From Candidatus Latescibacterota bacterium (lineage in GTDB: Bacteria > Latescibacterota > UBA2968), in assembly GCA_038279365.1 (NCBI GenBank), contig JAYODI010000002.1:88484-152483 (forward strand): a stretch of DNA of 64,000 nt, given 5' to 3'. The notes under the pieces are model-generated. The model made no database searches and had not been told where the DNA came from. It saw nothing but the letters and a program-made list of their open reading frames with translations. Made by a program: the position numbers and the translations under genes. Position 1 is the first letter of the stretch, and the number at the start of each line of letters is the position of its first letter. Below, piece by piece: positions 48,895-59,111 of the stretch.

Positions 48895-49707
48895 TTATAA
48901 AGAAGTTAAAACACCCTTCACATAACCCAGTGTAAATGCCAAATCACGATCCACATCATTTGGTGCACTCGACCCCACACATTCGACATACAATGGGCCA
49001 TTAAACCCACCCCCGACCAGCCCCGATAAAACGGTATAGAAATCAACCAACCCATCGCCTGCTGTCACATTGACATCTGGGCGTCCATCTTCATGCAATA
49101 CACAGTCTTTGATAATTGCCGTAGACGTAAGCGATGCAATCTCACCCACTTCAGACTCTGGACGAACATCCCCTTTTGTATAATAGATTATATTACCCGG
49201 GTCATAACTGACCGAAAAGGATGGGTGATCGACCAACGCACACAAATCCACCAACTCTCGTGCTGTTAAACTGATCCCCCCATGGGGTTTGAGCGATATC
49301 CCCACACCAACACTTTGGGCATGTTCTGCCGCTTGACGCATCACTTTGGGATAAATTTCATAAAACTCTTCTTTGCTCGTGCCCAGTTCCAAAATCCATT
49401 TGGTACCCAATGTGGCAGCATTATCCAATAATTTCTTATAGGCCGTTACTGCCCCATCTAAGCCTTTATCCAAATGTGCACGCCCCAACAACATGGAAGG
49501 TGTTACCCCAGCATCAGCGGCGGCTTTTTTTACAGAAGCGATCTCTGTCGCTGTGCTTTCCGTGCTGACTGGAATCACCTTTTCATCACCCACCTGATTG
49601 GCAAAAATAGCCACATCGGTATACCCCGCTTTGCCAATACGTTCAAATGCTTCGGCATACGAAAGCCCAGCATAAGGCCTTGTTGTACTGCCAATGATCA
49701 ATTCCAT
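48895..49707 (-). CDS. Sugar phosphate isomerase/epimerase (xylose isomerase-like TIM barrel)
   Basis: LKPHGG, YDPGN, IKD, G.G.VDF, GPLYVE. Confidence 0.8.
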   Translation of the reverse strand: MELIIGSTTRPYAGLSYAEAFERIGKAGYTDVAIFANQVGDEKVIPVSTESTATEIASVKKAAADAGVTPSMLLGRAHLDKGLDGAVTAYKKLLDNAATLGTKWILELGTSKEEFYEIYPKVMRQAAEHAQSVGVGISLKPHGGISLTARELVDLCALVDHPSFSVSYDPGNIIYYTKGDVRPESEVGEIASLTSTAIIKDCVLHEDGRPDVNVTAGDGLVDFYTVLSGLVGGGFNGPLYVECVGSSAPNDVDRDLAFTLGYVKGVLTSL

Positions 49708-49885
49708 ACCCTCCCCTTTCCAAAGAAATTCAAATTACTCATGAATCTCTAAATGTCACATAGATATTACTCTTATTTCAGTTGCCAATTAATCGATTTA
49801 AACCTTCCACGTCAACAGAAACTGCAACCGCTACCATTTGTGATACACACATCTCTTGCAATGCCACGCTTAAGAGACTTGGGCA

Positions 49886-49914
49886 TTGACAACAGACGCC
49901 TAACGCACTATCTT
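49886..49914 (+). promoter_or_regulatory. Putative sigma70 promoter
   Basis: TTGACA, 17 bp, TATCTT, then RBS aaggag and GTG 49938. Confidence 0.6.
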
Positions 49915-49937
49915 CGCCTGCCAAAGGAGATATAACT

Positions 49938-51896
49938 GTGTCAGATATCATCAAACACCCAATTGTTCGCGTTATTGGGGCACTGTTGTTGTCGTGTTTT
50001 ATTGTTGCCATATTGCCAGCCAATCGCGATGCCGTATTGCATCAACAAATGAGACAAACCATTCCCAAACTGGCCGCCAAGCTGGGCGAAGGGCCATGGA
50101 CCCTTGACGAAAGCGCACCGCCTGCCTTGCAAAATGCTTTTGTCGATGCACAGAAACAGCGCACCAATCCTCCCACACAAACACCTGCCATCCGTTTTGC
50201 AGGCAACGTCACAACAAGCGGCTTTTTACTGCAAGCCACCCAAAGTTCAGGATCGTCCACTGAAAAGCTTTTATCCCCCATCACAAACTGGAGCTTGTTG
50301 CCTCCCATTTTGGCCATTTTGATAGCCATGATCAGCGGGCGTTTGATTCTTGGCCTTTCATTTGCCATTTTCGCAGGTGGTTTTCTCTCCCTTGCAGACA
50401 CCACACCTTTTTACCAATTGCCCTTTTCTGCAGCCTACAAATCGATGGTCACTTATATTTGGGCCCCATTAGAAAGCTCATTCCAACTTTATATACTCGC
50501 ATTTACGGCAGGGCTCATAGGCATGGTGCGCGTCACCACCCTCTCTGGTGGCAACCGGGGCATCGCCGATCTCTTGGCCACGCGTGCTGCAGGAGCTCGC
50601 TCAACACGTCTGGCAGCATTTTTTATGGGCATGGCAATATTCTTCGACGATTATGCCAACACAATCGTTGTTGGCACCACCTTGCGCCCCATTGCAGATC
50701 GCTTTCGGGTTTCGCGTGAAAAACTCGCTTATATTGTCGATTCTACAGCCGCCCCCATTGCAGGTGTGGCCCTCATCAGTACCTGGATCGGTTATGAAGT
50801 GAGCTTGTTTCAAGATCTCATGAACGAACTGCACACGGGTGTGTCGGGTTACGAACTCTTCTTTAGCGCACTTCCCCTAAGGTTTTACTGCCTCCTGACA
50901 TTGGCCTTTGTCTTTCTCTCATCTTATTTACAACGCGATTTTGGCACCATGCTCAAAGCCGAACAACGGGCCTATTCAACAGGGCAAGTCATTCGCAAAG
51001 GTGCAACCCCCATGACCGGACGCGCCCAAGATGAAATACAACCCCAAGAAGGTATTGAAGCGGTTTGGTGGGCAGCTATGGTACCTGTACTGGTGGTCAT
51101 TGGGGTCGTCATTGGGGGCATGGCCATTGACACGGCTCACAACGAAGAGGTTCTTTTTGCCCGTCAAGAATTTGGTCTCTTAAGCAGTTCTTATTGGACG
51201 GCCACCTTCTCAAATGCAGATACGGCAAAAGTACTCTTCATAGCATCGGTCTTAGGCTCCATCATGGCCATTTTGATTGCCATCACCCGCAAACACGAAA
51301 CCACACAACAACGCCCCATCACCCTCGTGCGTGCCATAACAACTTGGGCAAAAGGCATTGTGGGGGTTTGGTATGCCATTGCCATCCTTATTTTGGCTTG
51401 GGCCATTAAAGAAGTCTGCACCGATGTGGGCACATCCACATATCTTACTGCCGCTCTTTCGCCCCTCATATCGCCTCTCTTGCTGCCCTTGCTCATCTTC
51501 TTGCTTGCTTCCTTGGTCGCCTTTTCCATTGGCACGTCCTGGACAACCATGGCCATTCTCATTCCCACTGTAGTCCCCCTCGCCCACGCCTTGGGTGGGT
51601 TGCCCCTCACCATTTTGGCCGCTGCCGCAGTACTCGATGGCGCCATCTTTGGTGACCACTGCTCACCCATAAGCGATACCACTGTGATGTCCAGCATTGC
51701 CTCTTCGTGTGACCACATCGATCACGTCAAAACCCAATTGCCTTATGCCCTCACCACCATGACCTTAGCAGGTCTTTTGGGCTACTTGGGCACGGCGGGT
51801 TTTTACCCCGGATGGGTAGGTTTATTACTTGGCTTGATCGCTATCCCCATCATCCTCCTTACAATAGGCAAAGATCCCGAGAAACAATCTACCTAA
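49938..51896 (+). CDS. Na+/H+ antiporter NhaC family transporter
   Basis: IFFDDYAN, SREKLAYIVDSTAAP, GTSW.T, GAIFGDHCSPISDTT.MSS, HVKTQLPYA. Confidence 0.92.
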   Translation: MSDIIKHPIVRVIGALLLSCFIVAILPANRDAVLHQQMRQTIPKLAAKLGEGPWTLDESAPPALQNAFVDAQKQRTNPPTQTPAIRFAGNVTTSGFLLQATQSSGSSTEKLLSPITNWSLLPPILAILIAMISGRLILGLSFAIFAGGFLSLADTTPFYQLPFSAAYKSMVTYIWAPLESSFQLYILAFTAGLIGMVRVTTLSGGNRGIADLLATRAAGARSTRLAAFFMGMAIFFDDYANTIVVGTTLRPIADRFRVSREKLAYIVDSTAAPIAGVALISTWIGYEVSLFQDLMNELHTGVSGYELFFSALPLRFYCLLTLAFVFLSSYLQRDFGTMLKAEQRAYSTGQVIRKGATPMTGRAQDEIQPQEGIEAVWWAAMVPVLVVIGVVIGGMAIDTAHNEEVLFARQEFGLLSSSYWTATFSNADTAKVLFIASVLGSIMAILIAITRKHETTQQRPITLVRAITTWAKGIVGVWYAIAILILAWAIKEVCTDVGTSTYLTAALSPLISPLLLPLLIFLLASLVAFSIGTSWTTMAILIPTVVPLAHALGGLPLTILAAAAVLDGAIFGDHCSPISDTTVMSSIASSCDHIDHVKTQLPYALTTMTLAGLLGYLGTAGFYPGWVGLLLGLIAIPIILLTIGKDPEKQST

Positions 51897-52052
51897 ACAC
51901 CATCCTATTAAACGATTTACCTGACCCAAAACTGCCAGAGTTGCGCATGTAATGGCTACAAATATGCCACAATGACATCCAGCCAAAAACACACACCTCC
52001 TAAAAAAACATAAATAATTGTTTTAAAATCACATATACACACATTTCTTTTT

Positions 52053-52068
52053 CGGCACAGTCCTTGCA
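52053..52068 (+). promoter_or_regulatory. Sigma54 (-24/-12) promoter of the HtpX-like gene
   Basis: CGGCAC-AGTCC-TTGCA (GG 52054-55, GC 52066-67); AT-rich tract and near-palindrome upstream; RBS ggagg downstream. Confidence 0.75.
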
Positions 52069-52114
52069 TTACCCTCCTGATGAAGATATTTGACTGATCA
52101 TTTGGGAGGTTTTT

Positions 52115-52999
52115 ATGCACCGTTTGCAATCAATAGCCCTATTAACTGGGATTATCGCTTTATTTGCCTTTATCGGATATTCTGTATTTGGATGGACAGG
52201 TGTCCTCCTCATCCTCACGGGCAGTGCCATATTCAACATAGTAAGCATCAGCAGCTCAACGCGCATTATTCTGTCTCTTCACCACGCGCGTTGGCTGTCC
52301 TTCTACGAAGCCCCAGAAATACATCGCATGGCAGAAGAATTGGCCTTTCGGGCAAACATCCCAGTACCCAAGTTGGCCGTTTACCCTTCCGACATGCCCA
52401 ACGCTTTTGCACTGGGCACAAAAGGGGGCATTGTTGCCCTCAGTACGGGTCTTATCCATGCCTTGGATCGGCGCGAACTCAAAGGGGTCATGGCTCATGA
52501 ATTTGCCCATCTTAAAAACAGAGACAGCCTTTTAAGTTTGTCAGCCGGTCTGTTCGTGCAAGCCATTGCCTCCATATCCAGTTTTTTTGGGATTTTTCTT
52601 TTGCTTATGTTCTTTTCTGGAACATGGAACGATATGCCTGCAACATTTTTACCCGTTATGCTTTTGGTCAGCATATCACCCAATATCGCTTATTTTTTAC
52701 AAACCGCACTCAGCAGAACACGCGAATATTTAGCAGACAGAGATGGTGCTTTGTTATCGGGCGACCCACAAGGTTTGGCCAGCGCACTTTATAAATTGGA
52801 ACATATCAACCAATATCTGTCGCGGTTACAACGTCGGTTCCGTTTCATATACACCACCGATGCACAAACCGGACCCAAATGGTTGCGCACGCACCCACCC
52901 ACCGAAGACCGCATTCGGGCATTGTCACAGTTGGCACAACGCACCAAACCCTATCCACAACAAATTCATCGTCCCACCCGATATATCGCCATTCAATAA
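52115..52999 (+). CDS. HtpX-like M48 zinc metalloprotease
   Basis: PNAFA, GVMAHEFAH, SRTREY.AD, LASAL.KL, THPPTEDRI. Confidence 0.92.
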   Translation: MHRLQSIALLTGIIALFAFIGYSVFGWTGVLLILTGSAIFNIVSISSSTRIILSLHHARWLSFYEAPEIHRMAEELAFRANIPVPKLAVYPSDMPNAFALGTKGGIVALSTGLIHALDRRELKGVMAHEFAHLKNRDSLLSLSAGLFVQAIASISSFFGIFLLLMFFSGTWNDMPATFLPVMLLVSISPNIAYFLQTALSRTREYLADRDGALLSGDPQGLASALYKLEHINQYLSRLQRRFRFIYTTDAQTGPKWLRTHPPTEDRIRALSQLAQRTKPYPQQIHRPTRYIAIQ

Positions 53000-53032
53000 A
53001 AAAACGGCAATGGATATCCATTGCCGTTTTTT
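52998..53032. terminator. Bidirectional intrinsic terminator
   Basis: aaaaaaacggcaatgg-atat-ccattgccgtttttt. Confidence 0.9.
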
Positions 53033-53066
53033 AGTTGTGTTCACAAAATCTATCCAACCGTCAAAA

Positions 53067-53927
53067 TTATCCTTCGCCCAAAAGTTTTTGTGCATTTTGA
53101 TAGGTAATTTTATCAAATGCATCTTGAGGTAATTTGAGACGTTGTATATAATCCATCAACCGCGTATCAAAATAATCTCTCCCAAACAACAACTTGTCTT
53201 GAAATTCTATCAAAAACGCCCGACCAAATGTTTCATCTCGGCTAATGGCCGTTAGTGCAGAACCCGCCGACAAATCTGCATACAAATTATCATATGCTTT
53301 TAGCATCACAGAAACCTTACCCCCAGGTTCGATGGGCCCTTTGGGATAAGATTCCTTATCAAATTTATCGTCTCCCGAAATATGTGCCCAAAATCCTGGT
53401 GCATGTCCAATAAACACCGTTTCTGGACAGGCCACAATTGCCCGTTCAAAAGACTCAATATTGCCACCATACCACCAATTGGGCCGCGGGTAATCCCCAT
53501 GCCCGTGATCAATGGGATAGTCCAAGTGAATTGTAATGGGCAACTTCATCTCCCCACATGCATGATACAACCGAATGGCATCCGGGTCGTCAAACATCAC
53601 CCGCACCTTAAGCTCACTGGCCACGCGAATCCCATGAATTTCAACTGCGGCTTTTAAGCGATCAATGGCATCTGGTCGCTTGGGGTGCGGCATATACCCC
53701 AACACAAACTTATCAGGTGCTTCACGCCCTACTTGCAACACATCTTCAAGCGGAATGCCCCAGCCACCAGGTGGCAAAACTTTGTGATAAGACGGGCTGT
53801 ATTCATTTTCTGGCACTTCCCATGAAAACAACCACATCTGATCGATGTTTTGCTCCTCCATATTCTTCAAAATCTTCTCGGCATTAAACCCATGCCAATT
53901 GGGATGATTATGTGCGTCTATTAACAT
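53067..53927 (-). CDS. Amidohydrolase family protein (amidohydro_2-like)
   Basis: IDAHNH, ELK, IH, GHAPGFW, YADLSAGS, LFGRD; RBS ggag. Confidence 0.87.
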   Translation of the reverse strand: MLIDAHNHPNWHGFNAEKILKNMEEQNIDQMWLFSWEVPENEYSPSYHKVLPPGGWGIPLEDVLQVGREAPDKFVLGYMPHPKRPDAIDRLKAAVEIHGIRVASELKVRVMFDDPDAIRLYHACGEMKLPITIHLDYPIDHGHGDYPRPNWWYGGNIESFERAIVACPETVFIGHAPGFWAHISGDDKFDKESYPKGPIEPGGKVSVMLKAYDNLYADLSAGSALTAISRDETFGRAFLIEFQDKLLFGRDYFDTRLMDYIQRLKLPQDAFDKITYQNAQKLLGEG

Positions 53928-53964
53928 AGCAAGCTCCATCATTCATTTTTTAAACATCTATCCG

Positions 53965-55038
53965 TTAAATCAAATAATCACCATCTCGAATCACGCTACA
54001 AGCATCACCATCTGCCCCAACAAGCACAAGAGATGCCACCTGAATCGGGCTGTCTTTGGCATAGACAATGTCTTGATGTTCGATGTGGTCGGGTGATGAA
54101 AAATCTTTGGGCGCAACCACACCCCCCAAATGTTCACTGCGGCCATACGCCCAGTGAAACCCTGCTTTTTCATCCTCCAAAACATTGCCCCAAACCACTG
54201 CCTTTGCATTGCAACCCAACGCCAATTCGGCAATGTTTCTTCTCATGGGGTCCACATCAAAAAAGGCACGTAACTCTCCAGCCTTGGGTTCATCGCCCGA
54301 CACTGTCGCAATGCGGTTTTTCTCCACATGGAACACAACCCTTACATCTCCATAAGCAACGGGAATTTCACCCTGAGTTAAACTCTCAACACCTTCGCGC
54401 TCACCTTCATAGGGCACCTGAAAACTCTCTCCGCTGGGCAAGTTGATAATGGGGAAACCACTTTTTCCACGTGGCAGTTGCCCATCATCCATCTTGGCCT
54501 CCCGAAAACGCAAATCGACCTGCCACTGATGCCCCGTTGAGAAAGTCACCTGCGCCAATTCGGCTTTGGACAATGCCTCCTTCAAAACTTGGCAACGCCT
54601 TGCAACCTCGGCATAATCGGCCGCCAATGCCGTTTGTTCCATGCGCCTTGCCACTTGGGGCAAAGATGCCGCACGAAAATCGGCATGATCTTTTGACCAC
54701 GCCGACAATGGCGCCGTTGCCGAAAACTGCGTGAGGGCCAAAGCCAACGTCGCTTTTTCTAACGCTTGGCGAAGCACCATTGGCTCACCTGCATCTAAAG
54801 GCAAATTTGCATTGTGCGCTCCAGAAGCAGGAAATGACACCAACGGCAACACTTCAAAACCTACTTTTTCCCCCAAAGACACCCATGCCGCTTGCCACTG
54901 GGCAGCCATCTCTCGCCTTTCGCGCCATAAGTCATGATCGGCATAATTACCATGTGGCACATCCACAATCACCACCACACATTCATCAGCTTCGGGGTGA
55001 AAAACATCTCCAAACAGCTTATCCAAATCCAACGCCAT
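53965..55038 (-). CDS. M29/aminopeptidase T-like metallopeptidase
   Basis: NLPSGE, NIAELALGCN, LEDEK, HWAYG, H.DIV. Confidence 0.7.
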   Translation of the reverse strand: MALDLDKLFGDVFHPEADECVVVIVDVPHGNYADHDLWRERREMAAQWQAAWVSLGEKVGFEVLPLVSFPASGAHNANLPLDAGEPMVLRQALEKATLALALTQFSATAPLSAWSKDHADFRAASLPQVARRMEQTALAADYAEVARRCQVLKEALSKAELAQVTFSTGHQWQVDLRFREAKMDDGQLPRGKSGFPIINLPSGESFQVPYEGEREGVESLTQGEIPVAYGDVRVVFHVEKNRIATVSGDEPKAGELRAFFDVDPMRRNIAELALGCNAKAVVWGNVLEDEKAGFHWAYGRSEHLGGVVAPKDFSSPDHIEHQDIVYAKDSPIQVASLVLVGADGDACSVIRDGDYLI

Positions 55039-55063
55039 AACAAACCCTTTCCCCACACACATT

Positions 55064-55876
55064 TTATAAAGTATCTAAAACCGCACGCACCTGACGAATG
55101 CCTTTAAGCATCAATTCGGGCGAACCCCAATGTTCAATGCTCACCACGCCTTGGTACCCGTCGGCCAAAACCGCCTTAATCAAATCGGCATAATTCATAT
55201 CCGTATCCCGAATGGGATCCAATTCTTTGTTTTCATTTGGCTTGATGTGAAAATGTGTCATGCGGCCTTTAATGTGTGCATACCCCTCTGGAAAAGCGCG
55301 TTCACCACAAGAAATACCGTTGTTCACATCCCAGCAAAAACTAAAACCCGGTGTATCTCCCAAAGCATCGGCCACTTCCCGTGCTTCGGCACAACTGCCC
55401 GCAATGGTAGCCCCTTCATTTTCGAGCGAAAACGTCACACCTTCACGGGCGGCCAGCGTCACAATGGGTTCTAAAAAGGGAACTATAATATCCAAATAGT
55501 TTGCCACACCAGGGCGGTTTTCACGGTCACCATCTTTGCGATTGGGATTCCAAAGCGCAAAACCACGAATCACGGTGGTATCAAATGCATGCGCCAATTC
55601 AACCATGCGCTCAAACATCTTTTGGTGGTTGGCCAATTCGTCCGCATTGTCATGGGCACATTTTCCAACAGGTGATCCCACACTCATTACCTTCACACCG
55701 TATTTGGCCAACACATCTTGCACGCGCTTGACCATATCATTATCAATTTCCTGAACCCGTTGCCCCCAAATGCCCCCCCGCAACTCAATGCCCGTTGCCC
55801 CAGCTTCAACACCCAACCGCACCGCCTCATCAAAATCAGCTTTATCCACTTCATCTGCAAAGTACGCCAACTCCAT
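55064..55876 (-). CDS. Sugar phosphate isomerase/epimerase (TIM barrel)
   Basis: FADE, IELRG, GSPVGK, IRGF, LENE, WD..N, HIK, SIEH; RBS aaggag. Confidence 0.85.
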   Translation of the reverse strand: MELAYFADEVDKADFDEAVRLGVEAGATGIELRGGIWGQRVQEIDNDMVKRVQDVLAKYGVKVMSVGSPVGKCAHDNADELANHQKMFERMVELAHAFDTTVIRGFALWNPNRKDGDRENRPGVANYLDIIVPFLEPIVTLAAREGVTFSLENEGATIAGSCAEAREVADALGDTPGFSFCWDVNNGISCGERAFPEGYAHIKGRMTHFHIKPNENKELDPIRDTDMNYADLIKAVLADGYQGVVSIEHWGSPELMLKGIRQVRAVLDTL

Positions 55877-56005
55877 AAAAATCTCCTTCACCCATAACAA
55901 TCCAAACACCGCAATCAAATAAACATTTGGTGACCGCGCCTTATTGCCAATAAGGTATCACATCCATTTCCGCTGTCAAGAAACACATCACCCGACCACT
56001 CAGCT

Positions 56006-56043
56006 CATTTTTTCATTTTTCATTTTTCATTTTTCATTATCAT
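56006..56043 (+). repeat. Heptamer tandem repeat (CATTTTT)n
   Basis: catttttt-cattttt-cattttt-cattttt-cattat-cat running into the HNH ATG. Confidence 0.75.
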
Positions 56044-56437
56044 GCCCTTTATGAATGAACAACTCCGCAAAAAAATATTGGGGCAAACACCCAAATCGAC
56101 GGGCATCAAAAACATAACGCGACTACGTGCCCAACTCAAAGAATTGGCAGGTATAACCCCGCCACCAGACTATGACAAATACATCCGTTCAAAAGCTTGG
56201 AAAGTAAAACGAGAAACATTCTTAGTTGCATACCACCATCAATGTGTGATCTGTGGAAACAAAAAACACTTACATGTACACCATTTGCACTATCAAACGG
56301 TAGGCCATGAAAAATTAGAAGACGTGGTCGTGTGTTGTCGCCGATGTCACTTTATAGAACACCTTCCCCACAAAGACAATCCCGCTTGGGTAAGCACATC
56401 ATCATCACAACACACCAACAAATCGGAAACGCGCTAA
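56042..56437 (+). CDS. Small HNH endonuclease-like protein
   Basis: YIRS..WK..R, CVICG, LHVHH..Y...G.E...D, CCRRCH..EH. Confidence 0.8.
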   Translation: MPFMNEQLRKKILGQTPKSTGIKNITRLRAQLKELAGITPPPDYDKYIRSKAWKVKRETFLVAYHHQCVICGNKKHLHVHHLHYQTVGHEKLEDVVVCCRRCHFIEHLPHKDNPAWVSTSSSQHTNKSETR

Positions 56438-56459
56438 CCACCTGTTACTTGGAGTTGCT

Positions 56460-57740
56460 ATGCCCAAACCCAATGTGATCATCATCACCACCCACGATAC
56501 AGGCCGCCACTTTGGTTGTTACGGCGTTCACACCGTACACTCACCTGCCATTGATGCCATTGCCGAAGATGGGTTTAAATTTACCAACTACTTTACAACA
56601 AGCCCAGTGTGTAGCCCCAGCCGAGGGTGTATGCTTACGGGGCGTTACCCCCAAACCAATGGCCTCATAGGTCTGACACACTCCCCCTGGGATTGGTCAT
56701 TTAACGAAGGCGAACGTCACCTCTCACACATCATGCATGATGCGGGTTATCACACCGCTTTATTTGGCATCCAACACGAATCCTCTAATGTAGAAGAATT
56801 GGGATTTGAATCTCGCCATGCCCAAAATAGCGGAGGCACACGCCAAACGGCCCTTGATATTGCCGAATCTCTATCCGATTTTCTGAAATCCGACACATCC
56901 CAAAAACCGTTTTACGCACAAGTGGGCTTTTTTGAAACCCACCGCCCCCACGACTTTGGCGATGTCGAACCCGACGACAGCAAAGGCATTTATGTGCCCC
57001 CTTATTTGGTAGACGACGAAACATCTCGCAAAGAACTCGCCGTACAACAAGGAGCCGTGCGCCGTGTGAATGATGCCATCGAAATCATTACCCACACCCT
57101 CAAAGAAACCGGTCACGAAGACAATACCATTCTCGTCTTTACTGTGGATCACGGCATAGAATTTCCAAGGGCCAAATGGTTTTGTTATGACCCCGGTATC
57201 GAAATTGCTTTGCTCATTCGCTGGCCAAAAGGAGGCATCACGGGAGGACAAACCTGCGATCATCTTTTGAGCAATGTTGATTTCCTCCCCACACTCTTAA
57301 ACCTCATTGAAGAACCCATTCCAGAAAACGTAGAAGGCATCAGCTTTGCCAACGTCTTTAAAAAAACCAATGCCACCCCCACACGCGACGCCGTCTTTTC
57401 GGTCTTTCAGGGCAGTGACAGCCGCAGCATTCGCACCAACCATTTTAAACTCATTCGCAACTTTGCTCCCCGCCGCATACTCGACACCCCAGTCAACATG
57501 ACCCACACCCCACGCCCACGCATCAAACTCCCAGTGGTCGAACTTTATGACCTTAAAAAAGACCCCAACGAGTTTAACAATGTCGCAGCCGACCCCGACT
57601 ATCAGGAAATTTACAAAGATCTCAGCAATCGCTTGTGGCAATGGATGGAAGATGTGCATGATCCCTCACTCAAAAGTCCTATTCCCACACCCTACTATTA
57701 CGAAGCGGTTGCCGAATACCACTCACGAAAGGATGCATAA
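56460..57740 (+). CDS. Formylglycine-dependent sulfatase (sulfamidase-like)
   Basis: PNV.IIT.HD, CSPSRG.MLTGRYP..NG, HRP, DHG, ELYDL..DP.E..N; no signal peptide. Confidence 0.93.
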   Translation: MPKPNVIIITTHDTGRHFGCYGVHTVHSPAIDAIAEDGFKFTNYFTTSPVCSPSRGCMLTGRYPQTNGLIGLTHSPWDWSFNEGERHLSHIMHDAGYHTALFGIQHESSNVEELGFESRHAQNSGGTRQTALDIAESLSDFLKSDTSQKPFYAQVGFFETHRPHDFGDVEPDDSKGIYVPPYLVDDETSRKELAVQQGAVRRVNDAIEIITHTLKETGHEDNTILVFTVDHGIEFPRAKWFCYDPGIEIALLIRWPKGGITGGQTCDHLLSNVDFLPTLLNLIEEPIPENVEGISFANVFKKTNATPTRDAVFSVFQGSDSRSIRTNHFKLIRNFAPRRILDTPVNMTHTPRPRIKLPVVELYDLKKDPNEFNNVAADPDYQEIYKDLSNRLWQWMEDVHDPSLKSPIPTPYYYEAVAEYHSRKDA

Positions 57741-58942
57741 TGCCCAAAGGAAAAACAGTCAACCTCGCCCTCGTAGGATGTGGTGGCATTGCTGGTGCAC
57801 ACTTAGGTCGCTATGAAGCACTCATAGACAAAGGTGAAAATCGTTTTCGCATCGTTGCTGCCGTAGACAGTGAGATCAGCAGAGCCAAAGTATTTGCTGA
57901 TCGAATCACCGCCAAAACAGGTTGGCAGGTTAACACCTATCGCAGTGTTGAACAATTGCTCAACAGCGAATCCAATCTCGACGGCGCAGACATTTGTAGC
58001 CCACATGGTCTCCACCATGTTTTGGGATGCGACCTCCTCAAAGGTGGCGTGAACATACTCTGCGAAAAACCCATTGGTGTGACCGTGAAAGCCAGCAAAA
58101 AAATCATTGCCGCAGCCAAGCGTTACAAAAAGATCGCAGCCAATGCCGAACAATGTCGCCGAAGCATTGGGCAGCGCACCATTCACTGGGCATTTCACAG
58201 TGGCCTGTTGGGCGAACCACGCCTATGGTATGCCATCCGCTCAAGCTGGCAAGACCCGGCAGATCACCCCAACTGGCATTGGCGTGTCGATCGCAAATTG
58301 GGTGGATGTGGCATGGCCATGGACAGTGGCGCACATTGGGTGGATACAATGCGTTATTGGTTTGGCGAAATTGACAGTGTCTATGCCCGTGTGGCCCAAA
58401 TGGAACAACGGCCCCATAAAAAAGGCGACAAACTGGTTAATGATGCCCGTGAAGATTTTTGGACGAGCATTTTTAATTTTAAAAATGGTGTTATTGGCAC
58501 CTGGTCTTGGACCATCAGTGCCCCAGGCAAAGGCTTTAACGAACTCACCCTCACGGGAAGCAAAGGCACCATTGTCGATTCCGACATCTTCCACCCTTCT
58601 GCATTTCGGCCCAACGGTGAAGCCCAACTCCTCGATGGCACCACATACAGCATGCCCAAATTGCAACAAATGTACCTCGACACCCTCTCTCAAAAACAAA
58701 AAGACCGCCTGTTTCCTTATGGACTTACAGACGGTATGGCACTTGAATTGTGGGACTTTATTGATGCTCTGAGTATTGGCCGTGATGTCGAAATTGACGC
58801 CACAGAAGGTCTTAAAAGCAAAGCTGTATCAGAAGCCATTTACGAATCGGGCAAATCTGGGCAAGTGGTCAAAATAAGCGATGTTATTTCGGGCAAGGCC
58901 AATGCCTATCAAAAAGATGTGGACCGGATGTGGAAATTGTAA
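57740..58942 (+). CDS. Gfo/Idh/MocA family oxidoreductase
   Basis: GCGGIA, CEKP, DSGAHWVD; 1-bp overlap with the sulfatase stop. Confidence 0.9.
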   Translation: MPKGKTVNLALVGCGGIAGAHLGRYEALIDKGENRFRIVAAVDSEISRAKVFADRITAKTGWQVNTYRSVEQLLNSESNLDGADICSPHGLHHVLGCDLLKGGVNILCEKPIGVTVKASKKIIAAAKRYKKIAANAEQCRRSIGQRTIHWAFHSGLLGEPRLWYAIRSSWQDPADHPNWHWRVDRKLGGCGMAMDSGAHWVDTMRYWFGEIDSVYARVAQMEQRPHKKGDKLVNDAREDFWTSIFNFKNGVIGTWSWTISAPGKGFNELTLTGSKGTIVDSDIFHPSAFRPNGEAQLLDGTTYSMPKLQQMYLDTLSQKQKDRLFPYGLTDGMALELWDFIDALSIGRDVEIDATEGLKSKAVSEAIYESGKSGQVVKISDVISGKANAYQKDVDRMWKL

Positions 58943-58948
58943 GGGAAT

Positions 58949-59000
<52 letters not shown>

Positions 59001-59060
59001 TAAGACAATCTTCATTTGTGTGACAATATTTAAGCGGAATTGTTCTGGTTGACAGGGCAT

Positions 59061-59096
59061 AAAAAAAGCGATCTCATTTACTGGGATCGCTTTTTT
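59061..59096. terminator. Bidirectional intrinsic terminator
   Basis: aaaaaaagcgatctca-tttac-tgggatcgctttttt. Confidence 0.85.
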
Positions 59097-59111
59097 ATTC
59101 ACTACTTCCTT

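Noticed and set aside
49708..49937. Riboswitch upstream of the NhaC-family transporter
   Set aside because: The predicted promoter lies only about 25 bp from the start codon, leaving no leader, and I recognise no aptamer motifs.
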